64,000 nt of DNA from a virus. Its lineage: Duplodnaviria > Caudoviricetes. The DNA lies in the IMG/VR virus record IMGVR_UViG_3300006217_000029, positions 6,185-70,184 of that record. The stretch is one strand, 5' to 3'. The notes beneath the pieces were generated by a model. That model searched no databases, was not told the DNA's origin, and saw nothing but the letters and a program-made list of their open reading frames with translations. Made by a program: the position numbers and the translations under genes. Below are positions 1 to 9,550 of the stretch, piece after piece; position 1 is the stretch's first letter; every line of letters begins with the position of its first letter.

Positions 1-3000
1 CCTCTTCTTCAGCCCGCTTCTTGCGATACTCTTCCAATGTGCCGGTCATCGCGGCATACATTTCCTCGTCCGCTTCAAGGTCGGCATTGGCCGCTGTGGC
101 TTCGTTCCCCATAAGCAGGGCGTTGATCCAGTTCGCCTTGCCCTTGAGCATCTGCTGCCGGTATTCGTCGAAGGTGCCCTTCCCGACGTAGTAAAAAATA
201 TCGACCGAATCCACCTTGTTGCCCTGCCGAACACCACGACCGTTGCGCTGATTGATGCTGGCAGGTGTCCAGGGCAGAGTGAGATGGTGAATGGCTGTTG
301 TGCCTTTTTGCAGGTTCACGCCCACTTCCGCTTTCTTGTTGGCAATGACGATCTTGATGTCGCCGGCGTTGTATGCCTTGGAGATTTTATCCAGCTTGTC
401 CCCGGAGGCATCTTCAGCATTGATAATCGCCACTTGGTTATCCGTTATGGGCAGATTATGAACCAGAATACGCTTGATTTTGGCGTGTTGCGTCTTTTCT
501 TCGGTGAAGACGAGTTGCTTTCCGCCCGCGTCCAGGTGTTTTTTGAGGTTTTCAATCAGCTTGGCATACTTGGGCGAGAGAGGATGATTCACATCATTCA
601 GGTTGATTCCGGCTCGCTGCATGGCTGCTATGACCACGCCTTCCAACTCTTCGGGTACGGACATGGACACGGAATCGCCGCCTTCGTCAATCACTCTGGC
701 ATTGACACTGATCGTTGAGGAAACAGCCTTGCCTTCCTCATCCTCCGTCTTGATCTTGTGCTCTCCCGATATGGCGTTGGCTACCTCTTCCAGCTTGTTT
801 TTTTTGTCTCTGGCAATAGAATAGGTAATCCGGTGGTAATAGAGATCAAGGTCGGTTGTGCAGCGATCCATATCGCGCATGACCGAGAAGAGACCGCCAT
901 TTTTTGCCTCACTGACTTCCTGCTTCAATTGCTCATAAACTGCGGTCTGGTTGTCGGACATGGGAACTTCATCAATGACTTCCACGGCATCCGGCACATG
1001 AATCTCATCATCCACGTCTTCCACGGTCTTGATATTGACGTACTTTCTGAAAAGGTTCCTCAACCCGGAAAGGTTCTTGAAACCCACCAGAGTATCCTGT
1101 TCTTTCAGTTCACCGTCAACGCCGGCTCGTGTACGCAGCTCAATCTTGCCGAAAACACGGATGAAATCATCCACGGTGTAAATGCCACGCTCCTCAAAGT
1201 CATGCTTGTCCGCCACCAGATTGAGCATGTTGAATATCTCAATCGGAGAGTTGGTTACAGGCGTGGCCGTCAAGCCGTATACGCCGCGTCCGCCGTTCTT
1301 CTGCCGGATGTAGTGGCTCTTGAGGGACATATCCACGGCGATATTTGCCGGGTCAGCGTTCGGGATATAGGCGATGCCCTGAGTTGATTCGCCTCCGCCC
1401 AGAGAATTTTTGAAGAAGTGGGATTCATCGGTCACGATGCTGTCAAAGCCCATATCTTCCAGATAGGGCAATTCCCCTTTCTTTTTTGATCCCGTGTCGC
1501 TGTATCGCCCCCGCAGCCCCTCAATTTTTTTGGCGAGGTCGTAGCCCTTCGGCTTTTTTTTCCCCTTGCCTTTATCCTCACCCTGAGCGGCCTCGTCGCT
1601 CATCATGTGCCGGTTGACCATTTCATCGGTGTAGGCGTCCACGGATTCTGGCCGCATCGGGATTGAGGCGAACTTTTCCTTGGTCATCACAACCAGGGAA
1701 CAATTAGACTGCGGGATGCGCCACATCTGCTCGAAAATGTCTTCCGGGGAATTGGTAAAGCGAATCACGTCCTGCATGAGCGGTTGGCCGCTTTTGCTCG
1801 TGCGGGGTTGCCCCTGTTCGTCCACAAGCGCCCGGCGTTCAACCACGCCTTCCCTGTTGGTCTTGGGTTCAAGCCCCACAAAAAGCACATTGGAACGGAA
1901 ATACCCATCATTATAGAACATTCTGGCTTCGTGATACCAGTTTTCCAGCACGGACGAGGGGACAACCACACAGGTGCGTTTCGCCTTGTTGTGCTTGTGG
2001 TTGTATGCGGCCATGGCCAGAGCGGTGAAACTCTTGCCAAGCCCAACGCCAAAACCGCAGATACCCGATCCGATGTCTGAAAGACGGCGTACTTCGGCGG
2101 CCTGGTAATCATGGGGCACAATTTCGCCCGAAATATATTCATCAATGTCCAGAGCCGCCTTTGCATATTCCGGCTCAACATAGCTGTTGAAGCGCAAATT
2201 GTACTGTTCTGCCAGATCGTCAACGTCAATGTGTGTTTTCATGAAGTTATCGAACATGCTTTCCAGCTTGTCCGCTTCGTTCTTGTATGCTTCGGCGATT
2301 TCCCTCTTTGACGAGGTGATATTCCCTCCGTTCAAATACCTTTCAATCTGTTTGCTGAACTCTTTGGGCCTTCCGGCAGGGCCTTCAATAAAAAGCGTCC
2401 CATCTTTGGCATTAAAATCCTCGACAAAGGATTGCACAACTTCCTTTTTGCCGTCCGGCCCTTCGGTTTCAATGTTTTCCATTCTGCCGTATGTAGCGTG
2501 GGAATAACCGTTGTCGCGCAAAAATTCGATCAGATACTTTCTTGGGAACCATTGCGCTTGCATATTGAACGTGATGTCCTCAATTTTCGAACGGGGAATC
2601 CGCCGGTTCATCTCGTCAATCTGCTTGCGAAACTTGGTCTTGAGCCGTTCATCGTCGGTCTGCTCAATGGATTTTGCCATGGCCGCCATTTTGGGCAGCA
2701 CACTCCCCGAACAGTAGCTTGCCATTGTTTCAATCATGCCGTCTTCGGTAATGGCAATACTGTCAATTTCCGCGATGTCCCCAAGACTGTTGATCTTGAT
2801 TGCCCCCTTATAAAGAGCCTTCACGTCTTCGAGTTCTATGCCTTCTTGTGTGCGAGAGAGGTGGGCAACGATGTCGGCGATGTCATCCTCGCGGTAACCG
2901 CCGCCTGTGGACTTGTCCAACGTGCCGGCCAGCATGGCGGAAAATTCACCCTTGACATTGACACAGTTCACGAAAACGCCAAAAGCGCGGGCGTCCGGAC

Positions 3001-4633
3001 CAGAGACGGAGAGCCTGGGGTTATTTGCCGGGTGCCCGTATTTTTCAATCTCAGCTACGACAAGCTCTTGCAGGGCCTTGCGGCGTTCGGAAACATCCTC
3101 GCCCTGGGCCTCGTCGCTTGCCATCCTGGCAAGCATGGCTCCGATCATGGACCCCCGATAGACCTGTAACCGCACTTCTTCGCGCGGCTGGCTCATGGCG
3201 AATTTCACGGCGTCTTTTTGCTGCTGGCCCATAAGGTGAGGGTAGGACACCAGTGCGGAAAAAGCCGCGTCCAGAGGCATATTCATAGCTGTACGCGGGT
3301 CGGCAAGTACGGATTCAAGCTCCTGAACGGTACTTACCCCATAGGTTGCGGGGTCAATCTCCGTCTGCTCCAAGGCGGTTTCCAGCTTGTTCCATTGCCC
3401 GTTGCGGAGCTCGTAAGGTTCACCGTTTATGTACCGCTGATCGCCCTCGCTGTAAGCTCGGTCAATGGGTTCTTCCAGTTCCAGCATATCCCAGTCGATC
3501 CGGCTATGGAACTTGATCGCCAGCTTGCGCTTCATGGCTTCGCCGGTAATTGGGCCTTCGGCTTCCACGCGCTCGCGTGAAAAGCGGTCCTTGGCGTCCT
3601 TCGGGATGTATCGGCCCTGAATAAACCGTCTGCCTTCGCCCATCCAGTATTTGCCATCGATAAACTCATCCCAGAATACCTTGGACGCTTCCAGGGTTTG
3701 GGTTGAAATTTCGTCTTTCTTGAGCTTGTCCAGCAGGTCTTTGGGGTGTTTGCGGAAAACCACAAGGTCAACAACGGCATCCGTACCCTGCGCGGCGAAT
3801 GTCCCGGAAGGCAGTTTGTGGGCGCCCAGAAATTCAGCTTTGCGGGACACGGCCTGTCGGAACTGCGTCCATTTGCCGCTGCGCGTACCCACGATATTCG
3901 TTGGTACAATCAGGCAGGCCAGCTTGCCGGGGCGTATTTTGTCCAGAATACGCAGAATGAAATAGCGTTCAATGTGTTTTTCGTTCTTGTACGCTTGGTC
4001 GATATGTTTGTAGGCCCCGCGCTGATCCCCGAACGGGACGTTGGTGATACAGCCGTCAAAGGTATCGTCGGGCGTATCCATGACCACCTGTTCAAAGGGC
4101 GCATTGATAATCTTGTCTTCCGGGTTGAGCAGCGCCGCTACCTTGGAACTCGTGGGATCAAGGTCATTACCGCTGACAACGACTCCGCCAGGCTTCGTAC
4201 CGGACATAACGCCCGCGCCACAGCACGGGTCCATGACGTTGCCGTTCTCAAAGCCGTTGGCCTTCATGGCCTCCCAAAGCCCTTCGGCTACGGGCGTGGG
4301 CGTATAGTATTCGTATTGGCTTCCTTCGGCGAGGCCGCCGCGTCCACTGTATTGGAGCAGCACGGCGCGGTCTTCGGCGGTCAATTCTTCCGGCGATGTA
4401 ACGCGGGAAAGGATTTCCCGGCATTGGGCGTTGAGCTTTTCCCGCGCCTCCTTGCCGCGAACTTTCAGTCCGTAATCGGAGCCGGCGGCCTTGTAGGCGT
4501 CCGGATCGCCTGGCAATGCAACATTGAACAGACGGAAAAAGAGCTTCTCAATGTCTTTGAAAGACGTTGCCGCGAGAACCTCTTTCTCCACAATACCATC
4601 CAGCGGGGCGCGCTCAAAAATAGCGTTTCGCAT
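1..4633 (-). CDS. darB: DarB-like giant N6-adenine methyltransferase / SF2 helicase (antirestriction); runs off left edge, >1540 aa
   Basis: Manual translation from ATG 4633 (absent from ORF track, no stop in window; frame spot-checked, not read in full): MTase motif I DPCCGAG, motif IV NVPF (4031-4042), helicase Walker A GVGLGKS (~2030-2050), Walker B DESH (~1420-1440). Confidence 0.85.
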   Translation of the reverse strand, partial: MRNAIFERAPLDGIVEKEVLAATSFKDIEKLFFRLFNVALPGDPDAYKAAGSDYGLKVRGKEAREKLNAQCREILSRVTSPEELTAEDRAVLLQYSGRGGLAEGSQYEYYTPTPVAEGLWEAMKANGFENGNVMDPCCGAGVMSGTKPGGVVVSGNDLDPTSSKVAALLNPEDKIINAPFEQVVMDTPDDTFDGCITNVPFGDQRGAYKHIDQAYKNEKHIERYFILRILDKIRPGKLACLIVPTNIVGTRSGKWTQFRQAVSRKAEFLGAHKLPSGTFAAQGTDAVVDLVVFRKHPKDLLDKLKKDEISTQTLEASKVFWDEFIDGKYWMGEGRRFIQGRYIPKDAKDRFSRERVEAEGPITGEAMKRKLAIKFHSRIDWDMLELEEPIDRAYSEGDQRYINGEPYELRNGQWNKLETALEQTEIDPATYGVSTVQELESVLADPRTAMNMPLDAAFSALVSYPHLMGQQQKDAVKFAMSQPREEVRLQVYRGSMIGAMLARMASDEAQGEDVSERRKALQELVVAEIEKYGHPANNPRLSVSGPDARAFGVFVNCVNVKGEFSAMLAGTLDKSTGGGYREDDIADIVAHLSRTQEGIELEDVKALYKGAIKINSLGDIAEIDSIAITEDGMIETMASYCSGSVLPKMAAMAKSIEQTDDERLKTKFRKQIDEMNRRIPRSKIEDITFNMQAQWFPRKYLIEFLRDNGYSHATYGRMENIETEGPDGKKEVVQSFVEDFNAKDGTLFIEGPAGRPKEFSKQIERYLNGGNITSSKREIAEAYKNEADKLESMFDNFMKTHIDVDDLAEQYNLRFNSYVEPEYAKAALDIDEYISGEIVPHDYQAAEVRRLSDIGSGICGFGVGLGKSFTALAMAAYNHKHNKAKRTCVVVPSSVLENWYHEARMFYNDGYFRSNVLFVGLEPKTNREGVVERRALVDEQGQPRTSKSGQPLMQDVIRFTNSPEDIFEQMWRIPQSNCSLVVMTKEKFASIPMRPESVDAYTDEMVNRHMMSDEAAQGEDKGKGKKKPKGYDLAKKIEGLRGRYSDTGSKKKGELPYLEDMGFDSIVTDESHFFKNSLGGGESTQGIAYIPNADPANIAVDMSLKSHYIRQKNGGRGVYGLTATPVTNSPIEIFNMLNLVADKHDFEERGIYTVDDFIRVFGKIELRTRAGVDGELKEQDTLVGFKNLSGLRNLFRKYVNIKTVEDVDDEIHVPDAVEVIDEVPMSDNQTAVYEQLKQEVSEAKNGGLFSVMRDMDRCTTDLDLYYHRITYSIARDKKNKLEEVANAISGEHKIKTEDEEGKAVSSTISVNARVIDEGGDSVSMSVPEELEGVVIAAMQRAGINLNDVNHPLSPKYAKLIENLKKHLDAGGKQLVFTEEKTQHAKIKRILVHNLPITDNQVAIINAEDASGDKLDKISKAYNAGDIKIVIANKKAEVGVNLQKGTTAIHHLTLPWTPASINQRNGRGVRQGNKVDSVDIFYYVGKGTFDEYRQQMLKGKANWINALLMGNEATAANADLEADEEMYAAMTGTLEEYRKKRAEEE

Positions 4634-4649
4634 TGTATCACCTCGCACT

Positions 4650-4943
4650 TTAGTCGATGAGGTTGCTTGGCACATCGCCATTCACGGCAAAATTCATTCC
4701 TTTGGAAGACAGAGCCTCATGGAGATGCCGCGGACTGAATCTCTGCATATCGAAAGCGTAGCCATACATGACATACGCTGTATTCAGGGTTCGCTTGAGC
4801 ATGAGGACTGACATTTCATCGCCAATATATTCTGGCGGGGCGTTGACAATTTCGTCCCATGCGTCCGATTCAAGCGACACAGATACATAACTTTCACCTG
4901 CCTCTGCGGGAGAGACATTGACGCTGAAAATGAATTTGCTCAT
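4650..4943 (-). CDS. Small hypothetical protein, positional analogue of P1 Hxr
   Basis: 97-aa ORF coupled to ddrB by a 4-nt overlap; synteny only. Confidence 0.6.
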   Translation of the reverse strand: MSKFIFSVNVSPAEAGESYVSVSLESDAWDEIVNAPPEYIGDEMSVLMLKRTLNTAYVMYGYAFDMQRFSPRHLHEALSSKGMNFAVNGDVPSNLID

Positions 4944-6775
4944 ATCTGAAGCCTTGGAAGTCCCTTTTCGACATCAAACCATGTCGGAACTGCATCGGAG
5001 CAGACAAAGGAGAAAAAATCGGTCGTGGCATCGCTCGCAGTTTCATAATGAACCGGAAGCTCACGCCGGTCGTTCATTATATGCAGATAGGCAAGGCGTG
5101 TGACTGAAGGAAGGGTGGCTTTGTAAAGCCCTCTCCACCATCCGTCATCGTTGATTTGATACAAAGTCCACTGGCTTTTCTTGCGGACGTTCTGCAAGAC
5201 AGCATATCCGGCAAACCCTTGCCGTGCTTTCAGAAGTTCGGAAAATCCATCCGGGATGGCATTGCGTAACGCCTTTTCCCATGGTCCACGCAATTCAGCG
5301 CGTTCACCCTTCGCCTTTTCCCTGTCAGCATATGCCTTTCTGGCCTCGCGTTCGACCTCTCGCATTTTTTGGGAAAGCTCTGGGCTTTGCCGCGCGCATA
5401 CCCCCAGGAACAACTTGAAATGCTCCGGGTCTTTTTCGATAAAATTTGCGAGATGCGCCGGTGAAGACATGTGCTGCAAGGCCATGGAGAAGACTTCCGA
5501 TGCTTCGCCCTGGTAGTCCTTCCCGACATAAGGGTTGATGAAAGAATCGGGAAAAGCTTTTTCCCCAGGCCCATACGCACCGCCTGTCATTGTTTTCAGC
5601 GACTTTGGTGCGCCTTGCGCCCTGCTCCTGATAAAGGAGAGGCTGGCTGCAAGCGCGGTGCGGTCCCAGCGCTCAACAAGGTGGCCGCACTCATGGAAGA
5701 GCGTTGTTTTGTTGAAGTCAGAATCAAGGCAAATTTGCGAACGTCCCCGCGCAAAGGCCCGTCGAGTGCCTTTTTGGAGGATAAACTCCACGGGGCCGAG
5801 TTTGCCCCCAAGATACTGATACACTTCGGCCATATCGTTAATAAACTGCTCCTTGGGATAGTTTATTTTTTTGAGCTTTCTGGCGACATTGGGGGCAATG
5901 TAAACATTTTCGTTTGCCCATTCCTGCGCCTCTTCTTTTGATATGGACGATATGGATTCGAGTGCTTTTTTTACACTTTCAAAAGTTTCCTTTTCTCGTG
6001 CTTCTATATCCTTTGCAAGGCTTTTCATACGGTTATACAATTCAGCGTATTCAGGATTATCCGCTCTTTCCTGCTCCATCAAGGCCGTTTTCATTTCAGA
6101 AATGCGCCTTATGAGTTCAGAAGCATTTTCTCCATATATCATATCTGATTTAGTAAACCGGTCTATACGTCCCTCAGTAATTTCAGAAATAACGTATCCC
6201 GGAACACGGAACATACCATCTTGACGTAATAAAGAAAAAATTCTTGCGTTTATTCTTTGTGTGACTTCTGCGAATTTTCCTGAATAAATATCCTTGTGCA
6301 GCTCATTCAAATTATTTTTGAGAGCCTTTGCTTCTTCCATCTTGGATATGATGTCAGAAAAATTATTTTGGATGATTGATGCACCCGATTCGATGATGAC
6401 CTTTCTCACTTCATCCGGCGTCGAGGATTCGGCCATTTCCAAGAGTTGCGCGTTTTGGGGCGAAGCGTCTCTGACGGCTGCCAGGGCGGCATCATTCCGG
6501 GCGATTCTTGCCATTGCGGCGAACTCGTAGAGAACATCGGCGGCCGGGCTGGGCGATGACTGAATCCGTTCTATGTATCGTTCCAGGGAGGCAACCAGTT
6601 CGGGGGTCTCGGAAGAAATGATCTCTCCATGGCGCGAGAAAACACTGAAGATGGCAACGATGTCGCCAAAACTCTTCGCATCTCGCACGGCCTGCGTTGC
6701 CGATTCCAGCGTGCTATAAAATGCCACAGTGCTATCCCGCGTTGTTGGCTTGCGCTTCTGCACCTCGGCGTTCAC
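4940..6775 (-). CDS. ddrB: DdrB-like protein with HEXXH zincin motif
   Basis: FHECGHLVE and SEVFSMALQ resemble the P1 DdrB C-terminal region as recalled; position in dar operon. Confidence 0.7.
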   Translation of the reverse strand: MNAEVQKRKPTTRDSTVAFYSTLESATQAVRDAKSFGDIVAIFSVFSRHGEIISSETPELVASLERYIERIQSSPSPAADVLYEFAAMARIARNDAALAAVRDASPQNAQLLEMAESSTPDEVRKVIIESGASIIQNNFSDIISKMEEAKALKNNLNELHKDIYSGKFAEVTQRINARIFSLLRQDGMFRVPGYVISEITEGRIDRFTKSDMIYGENASELIRRISEMKTALMEQERADNPEYAELYNRMKSLAKDIEAREKETFESVKKALESISSISKEEAQEWANENVYIAPNVARKLKKINYPKEQFINDMAEVYQYLGGKLGPVEFILQKGTRRAFARGRSQICLDSDFNKTTLFHECGHLVERWDRTALAASLSFIRSRAQGAPKSLKTMTGGAYGPGEKAFPDSFINPYVGKDYQGEASEVFSMALQHMSSPAHLANFIEKDPEHFKLFLGVCARQSPELSQKMREVEREARKAYADREKAKGERAELRGPWEKALRNAIPDGFSELLKARQGFAGYAVLQNVRKKSQWTLYQINDDGWWRGLYKATLPSVTRLAYLHIMNDRRELPVHYETASDATTDFFSFVCSDAVPTWFDVEKGLPRLQI

Positions 6776-7694
6776 GGATAGGCCTCCACTTCGGGAGACG
6801 GCTCTTGATGTCTTCCTCGCGTAGCCAAACCTCTTGGCCCTTGAGAACGTCCGCGATTTCCTCAGCAGTCAGAAAGCCGGAATACAGTTCATCGAACCAC
6901 TTCCTGAAATGCTTTTCCAGGAACGTACTTTGGGCCTTCATGTCGCCGACCTTTCCCCACGAAAACCCCGAAGCATTGTGAATCATCATGGTACAGTGGG
7001 GAGTGGTCTGAATCTCATCGCAGGACATGGCCACGATGGAGCCGGAGGAATAGGCCGTGATGATGCGCGCGATGGTCTTGGCCTTGCATTCCATGAGGGC
7101 TGCATAGACGGCCTGAGCCGAATCGGTGCGGCCTCCGTGGGAATTGATTTTGAGGGTGACAGTATCCACTTCGCGCGCCTGTTCAATGGCGCGGATGATG
7201 CCCCGGAAGGTTTCGGGAGACTCAAAATCGGTGTCGATGTCTATGATGATGTTCTGCGGAGCGCCGTATTCGAGGCCTTTTGGCAAGGAGCGAACGGCTC
7301 CATTTGCCTGATTTTTTGCGTCAAAAGGACGCACCGGTAAAAAAGAAGATACATCGGCGCTCTCGAACACGCCTTCTTCGCTATGGTGCTCCGCGAGGTA
7401 GGCGATAACCGGGTCTTGAATCATCTGAATATTGCCGTTCACCTCGGCCAGAGCCTTCTTCAGAATCGCAAGGAAGCGGGCCGGAACTTCCTTGAGAAAT
7501 TTTCCGGCAATAAGCTGCTCGAAGAGTGATTGGGAGTCACCCCCAGACACGCCTTTCAGCTTGTCCAGCGCTTCCTTTATCTGTCTTTGCGTGGCAAGCC
7601 GCTGCCGGATGTCTTTGATGCCTGACTTGAGCTTGTCGAGACCTTCCTTGACCGCCCGTTGAAGGGTCAGTTTTTCCTTGATATTCAACATCAT
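6732..7694 (-). CDS. DdrA-like N-terminal domain fused to a ClpP/S14-type serine protease domain
   Basis: INSHGG, AYSSGS (Ser), MMIHNAS (His) ClpP-type motifs; ~105-aa helical N-terminus in the ddrA slot between darA and ddrB. Confidence 0.75.
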   Translation of the reverse strand: MMLNIKEKLTLQRAVKEGLDKLKSGIKDIRQRLATQRQIKEALDKLKGVSGGDSQSLFEQLIAGKFLKEVPARFLAILKKALAEVNGNIQMIQDPVIAYLAEHHSEEGVFESADVSSFLPVRPFDAKNQANGAVRSLPKGLEYGAPQNIIIDIDTDFESPETFRGIIRAIEQAREVDTVTLKINSHGGRTDSAQAVYAALMECKAKTIARIITAYSSGSIVAMSCDEIQTTPHCTMMIHNASGFSWGKVGDMKAQSTFLEKHFRKWFDELYSGFLTAEEIADVLKGQEVWLREEDIKSRLPKWRPIRERRGAEAQANNAG

Positions 7695-8839
7695 GCGGCC
7701 TCCTTGGCCAGCAGATCGGTCAGGTGATTCGATGCGGCATCCAAGAGGGCTTGGAACTCTTCAAGCTTGCCGTCACTCTCCGCGGCCGTGATTGCCTGTT
7801 CGAGCAGGTCAAGCACCTTGCCGGAATCGGCATCGTATTTGCCGTCCAGAATGTCCCGAAGGTCGCGGGCATAGTGCGGTGTGCCACTACCATTGCCCGC
7901 AGTGTCACCCTTTTTACCTTTGCCATCGCCAGAGGTTCCGCCTGTTCCGCCGCCGGGCTTGGCCCTGCGCAGCGCGTCAATCTTCGCCTGCAATTCCGCG
8001 TTGATGGTCTTCTGTTTCTCCAGTAGGGAAAGCGTGTTGGAAAGCCGCGCTTCAATGGTTTCCGTCTCTTTGGCCTTGGCGGAAACCTGTTCCATCAGGG
8101 CGGACTGGCGTTCTTCCGCGTCCTTTACGGCCTCACGGGTTTCTTCAAGCTCTTTCCGCTCCGCTTGCGCCGCTTTCTGCTGGCGCTCAAACCTCGCCGA
8201 GTTCTTGACTACGAGTTGCGTGATACGCTTCGCAATGCTCTCCAGAGAGATTTCTTCCCCGTCTTCGGGGGCCACGACATGCGTAATGTCCCGCTTGTTG
8301 AGGAGCCAGCGGAAGGCAATAATGGCGTCACTTGGGCCGATGCGTTTTTTATCCCCTTCCGGCGAATGGAAGACGACATTCACCGTTTGTCCATCGGAGA
8401 AGGGAAGCTGCACGATAACATACGCAAAGGAACCGGATTTCTTCGGCTTCCCGACAACCGGAGGCAAGGCTTTGATTTCCGAATCGGAGAGGTGCCGGTT
8501 CAGTACCCGCACCACGGCGGCCATGCGGCGTTCCGTGCGCGAGAAGTGCTCAACGGTTATAGCCTCAAGAACATAGCCTTCCTCGACCTCATCCCTGCCG
8601 GGATTGTAGTAGTCCAGTTCGTCCAGGGAAGGCGATTCGAGCAAGAGACCAAGGTCGTGAACGTCATTGGCGAGGCTTGCATAGGTGGCATCAAGCTCGA
8701 CTTGAGAAAAGCCCTTCGGAAAGAGATCGTCCCTGTCCACGACACGATGCCCTTGCCAATACGGGTTGGGGGCGCTTACGGGAGTGGCACCGTCTTCGGA
8801 TGCAAGCGCAGGCTCAAAGAAATCAAAATCCCCGTTCAT
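7691..8839 (-). CDS. darA: DarA-like antirestriction/head protein
   Basis: LPFSDGQTVNVVFHSP, AFRWLLNKRDITHVVAP, KNSARFER and C-terminal AASNHLTDLL match P1 DarA motifs as recalled. Confidence 0.85.
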   Translation of the reverse strand: MNGDFDFFEPALASEDGATPVSAPNPYWQGHRVVDRDDLFPKGFSQVELDATYASLANDVHDLGLLLESPSLDELDYYNPGRDEVEEGYVLEAITVEHFSRTERRMAAVVRVLNRHLSDSEIKALPPVVGKPKKSGSFAYVIVQLPFSDGQTVNVVFHSPEGDKKRIGPSDAIIAFRWLLNKRDITHVVAPEDGEEISLESIAKRITQLVVKNSARFERQQKAAQAERKELEETREAVKDAEERQSALMEQVSAKAKETETIEARLSNTLSLLEKQKTINAELQAKIDALRRAKPGGGTGGTSGDGKGKKGDTAGNGSGTPHYARDLRDILDGKYDADSGKVLDLLEQAITAAESDGKLEEFQALLDAASNHLTDLLAKEAA

Positions 8840-9444
8840 GCTTGTGCCCCCTCCAGTTCTGTCAGTATGCGCTCCAGTTCGACGGTTTTATTTTGTTCCG
8901 CCTTGAGGGCTGCCACAGCCTTGTCCAACTCAGCCTGCTTCATTTGAACTGTGGTTTCCGTTGCGGAAATTTGGGCCTGAAGGTCTTCGTTGCTTGCAGT
9001 GAGTTCTGCAAGCTGGCCCTTGGCACGCTCAATCTTCTCCCGGCGGTTTGTGACCACTGGCGGCGGGTCGATATGCAGCTTGCGTCGACGTTCCCGTTGG
9101 AGCTTCGCACGCTCATACGCCTTCGCGTTTTCCTGGACGTAATCCACCATCTCGATGATGGCCTTGTCCATGTCATCCACATGCCGGATAGGGACGACCT
9201 TCTTGTTCAGCTTGACCTGAAAGACGGTACCATCAGACTTCACGCGAACGAGCATCTTTTGGCCGTCCTCGAAGACGAAGGTCACGTCTTTGAGCAAGAA
9301 GCCACTTTCCCGGCGCGCGCGATTCGGCGCATCCACGGACGTGACCTCCAAACCCCATTTTTCCATTTTTTTGATGATCGGGCGGAGATTCTGTTCCGTG
9401 AGCTTGTCAAATGGGAGCCGAACTTGCTTTGATGGTGCTGCCAT
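8836..9444 (-). CDS. hdf: Hdf-like protein (DarA-related)
   Basis: FDKLTEQNL...DGQKMLVRVKSDGTVFQVKLNKK plus coiled-coil tail; directly upstream of darA as in P1. Confidence 0.8.
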   Translation of the reverse strand: MAAPSKQVRLPFDKLTEQNLRPIIKKMEKWGLEVTSVDAPNRARRESGFLLKDVTFVFEDGQKMLVRVKSDGTVFQVKLNKKVVPIRHVDDMDKAIIEMVDYVQENAKAYERAKLQRERRRKLHIDPPPVVTNRREKIERAKGQLAELTASNEDLQAQISATETTVQMKQAELDKAVAALKAEQNKTVELERILTELEGAQA

Positions 9445-9550
9445 GCGTGGAACCTCGCAAAAGTATGGTTCCGCTCATGGTCGTAAAGCCATCAAGACCC
9501 GGCAAGAAGATTTTATGAATATGTGGCAGATATGCAGAGGTTCGATATTT

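Noticed and set aside
46-4660. Many track ORFs in the first 4.6 kb
   Set aside because: Shadows or off-frame ORFs of the single darB-like frame, which the track missed because it has no stop in the window.
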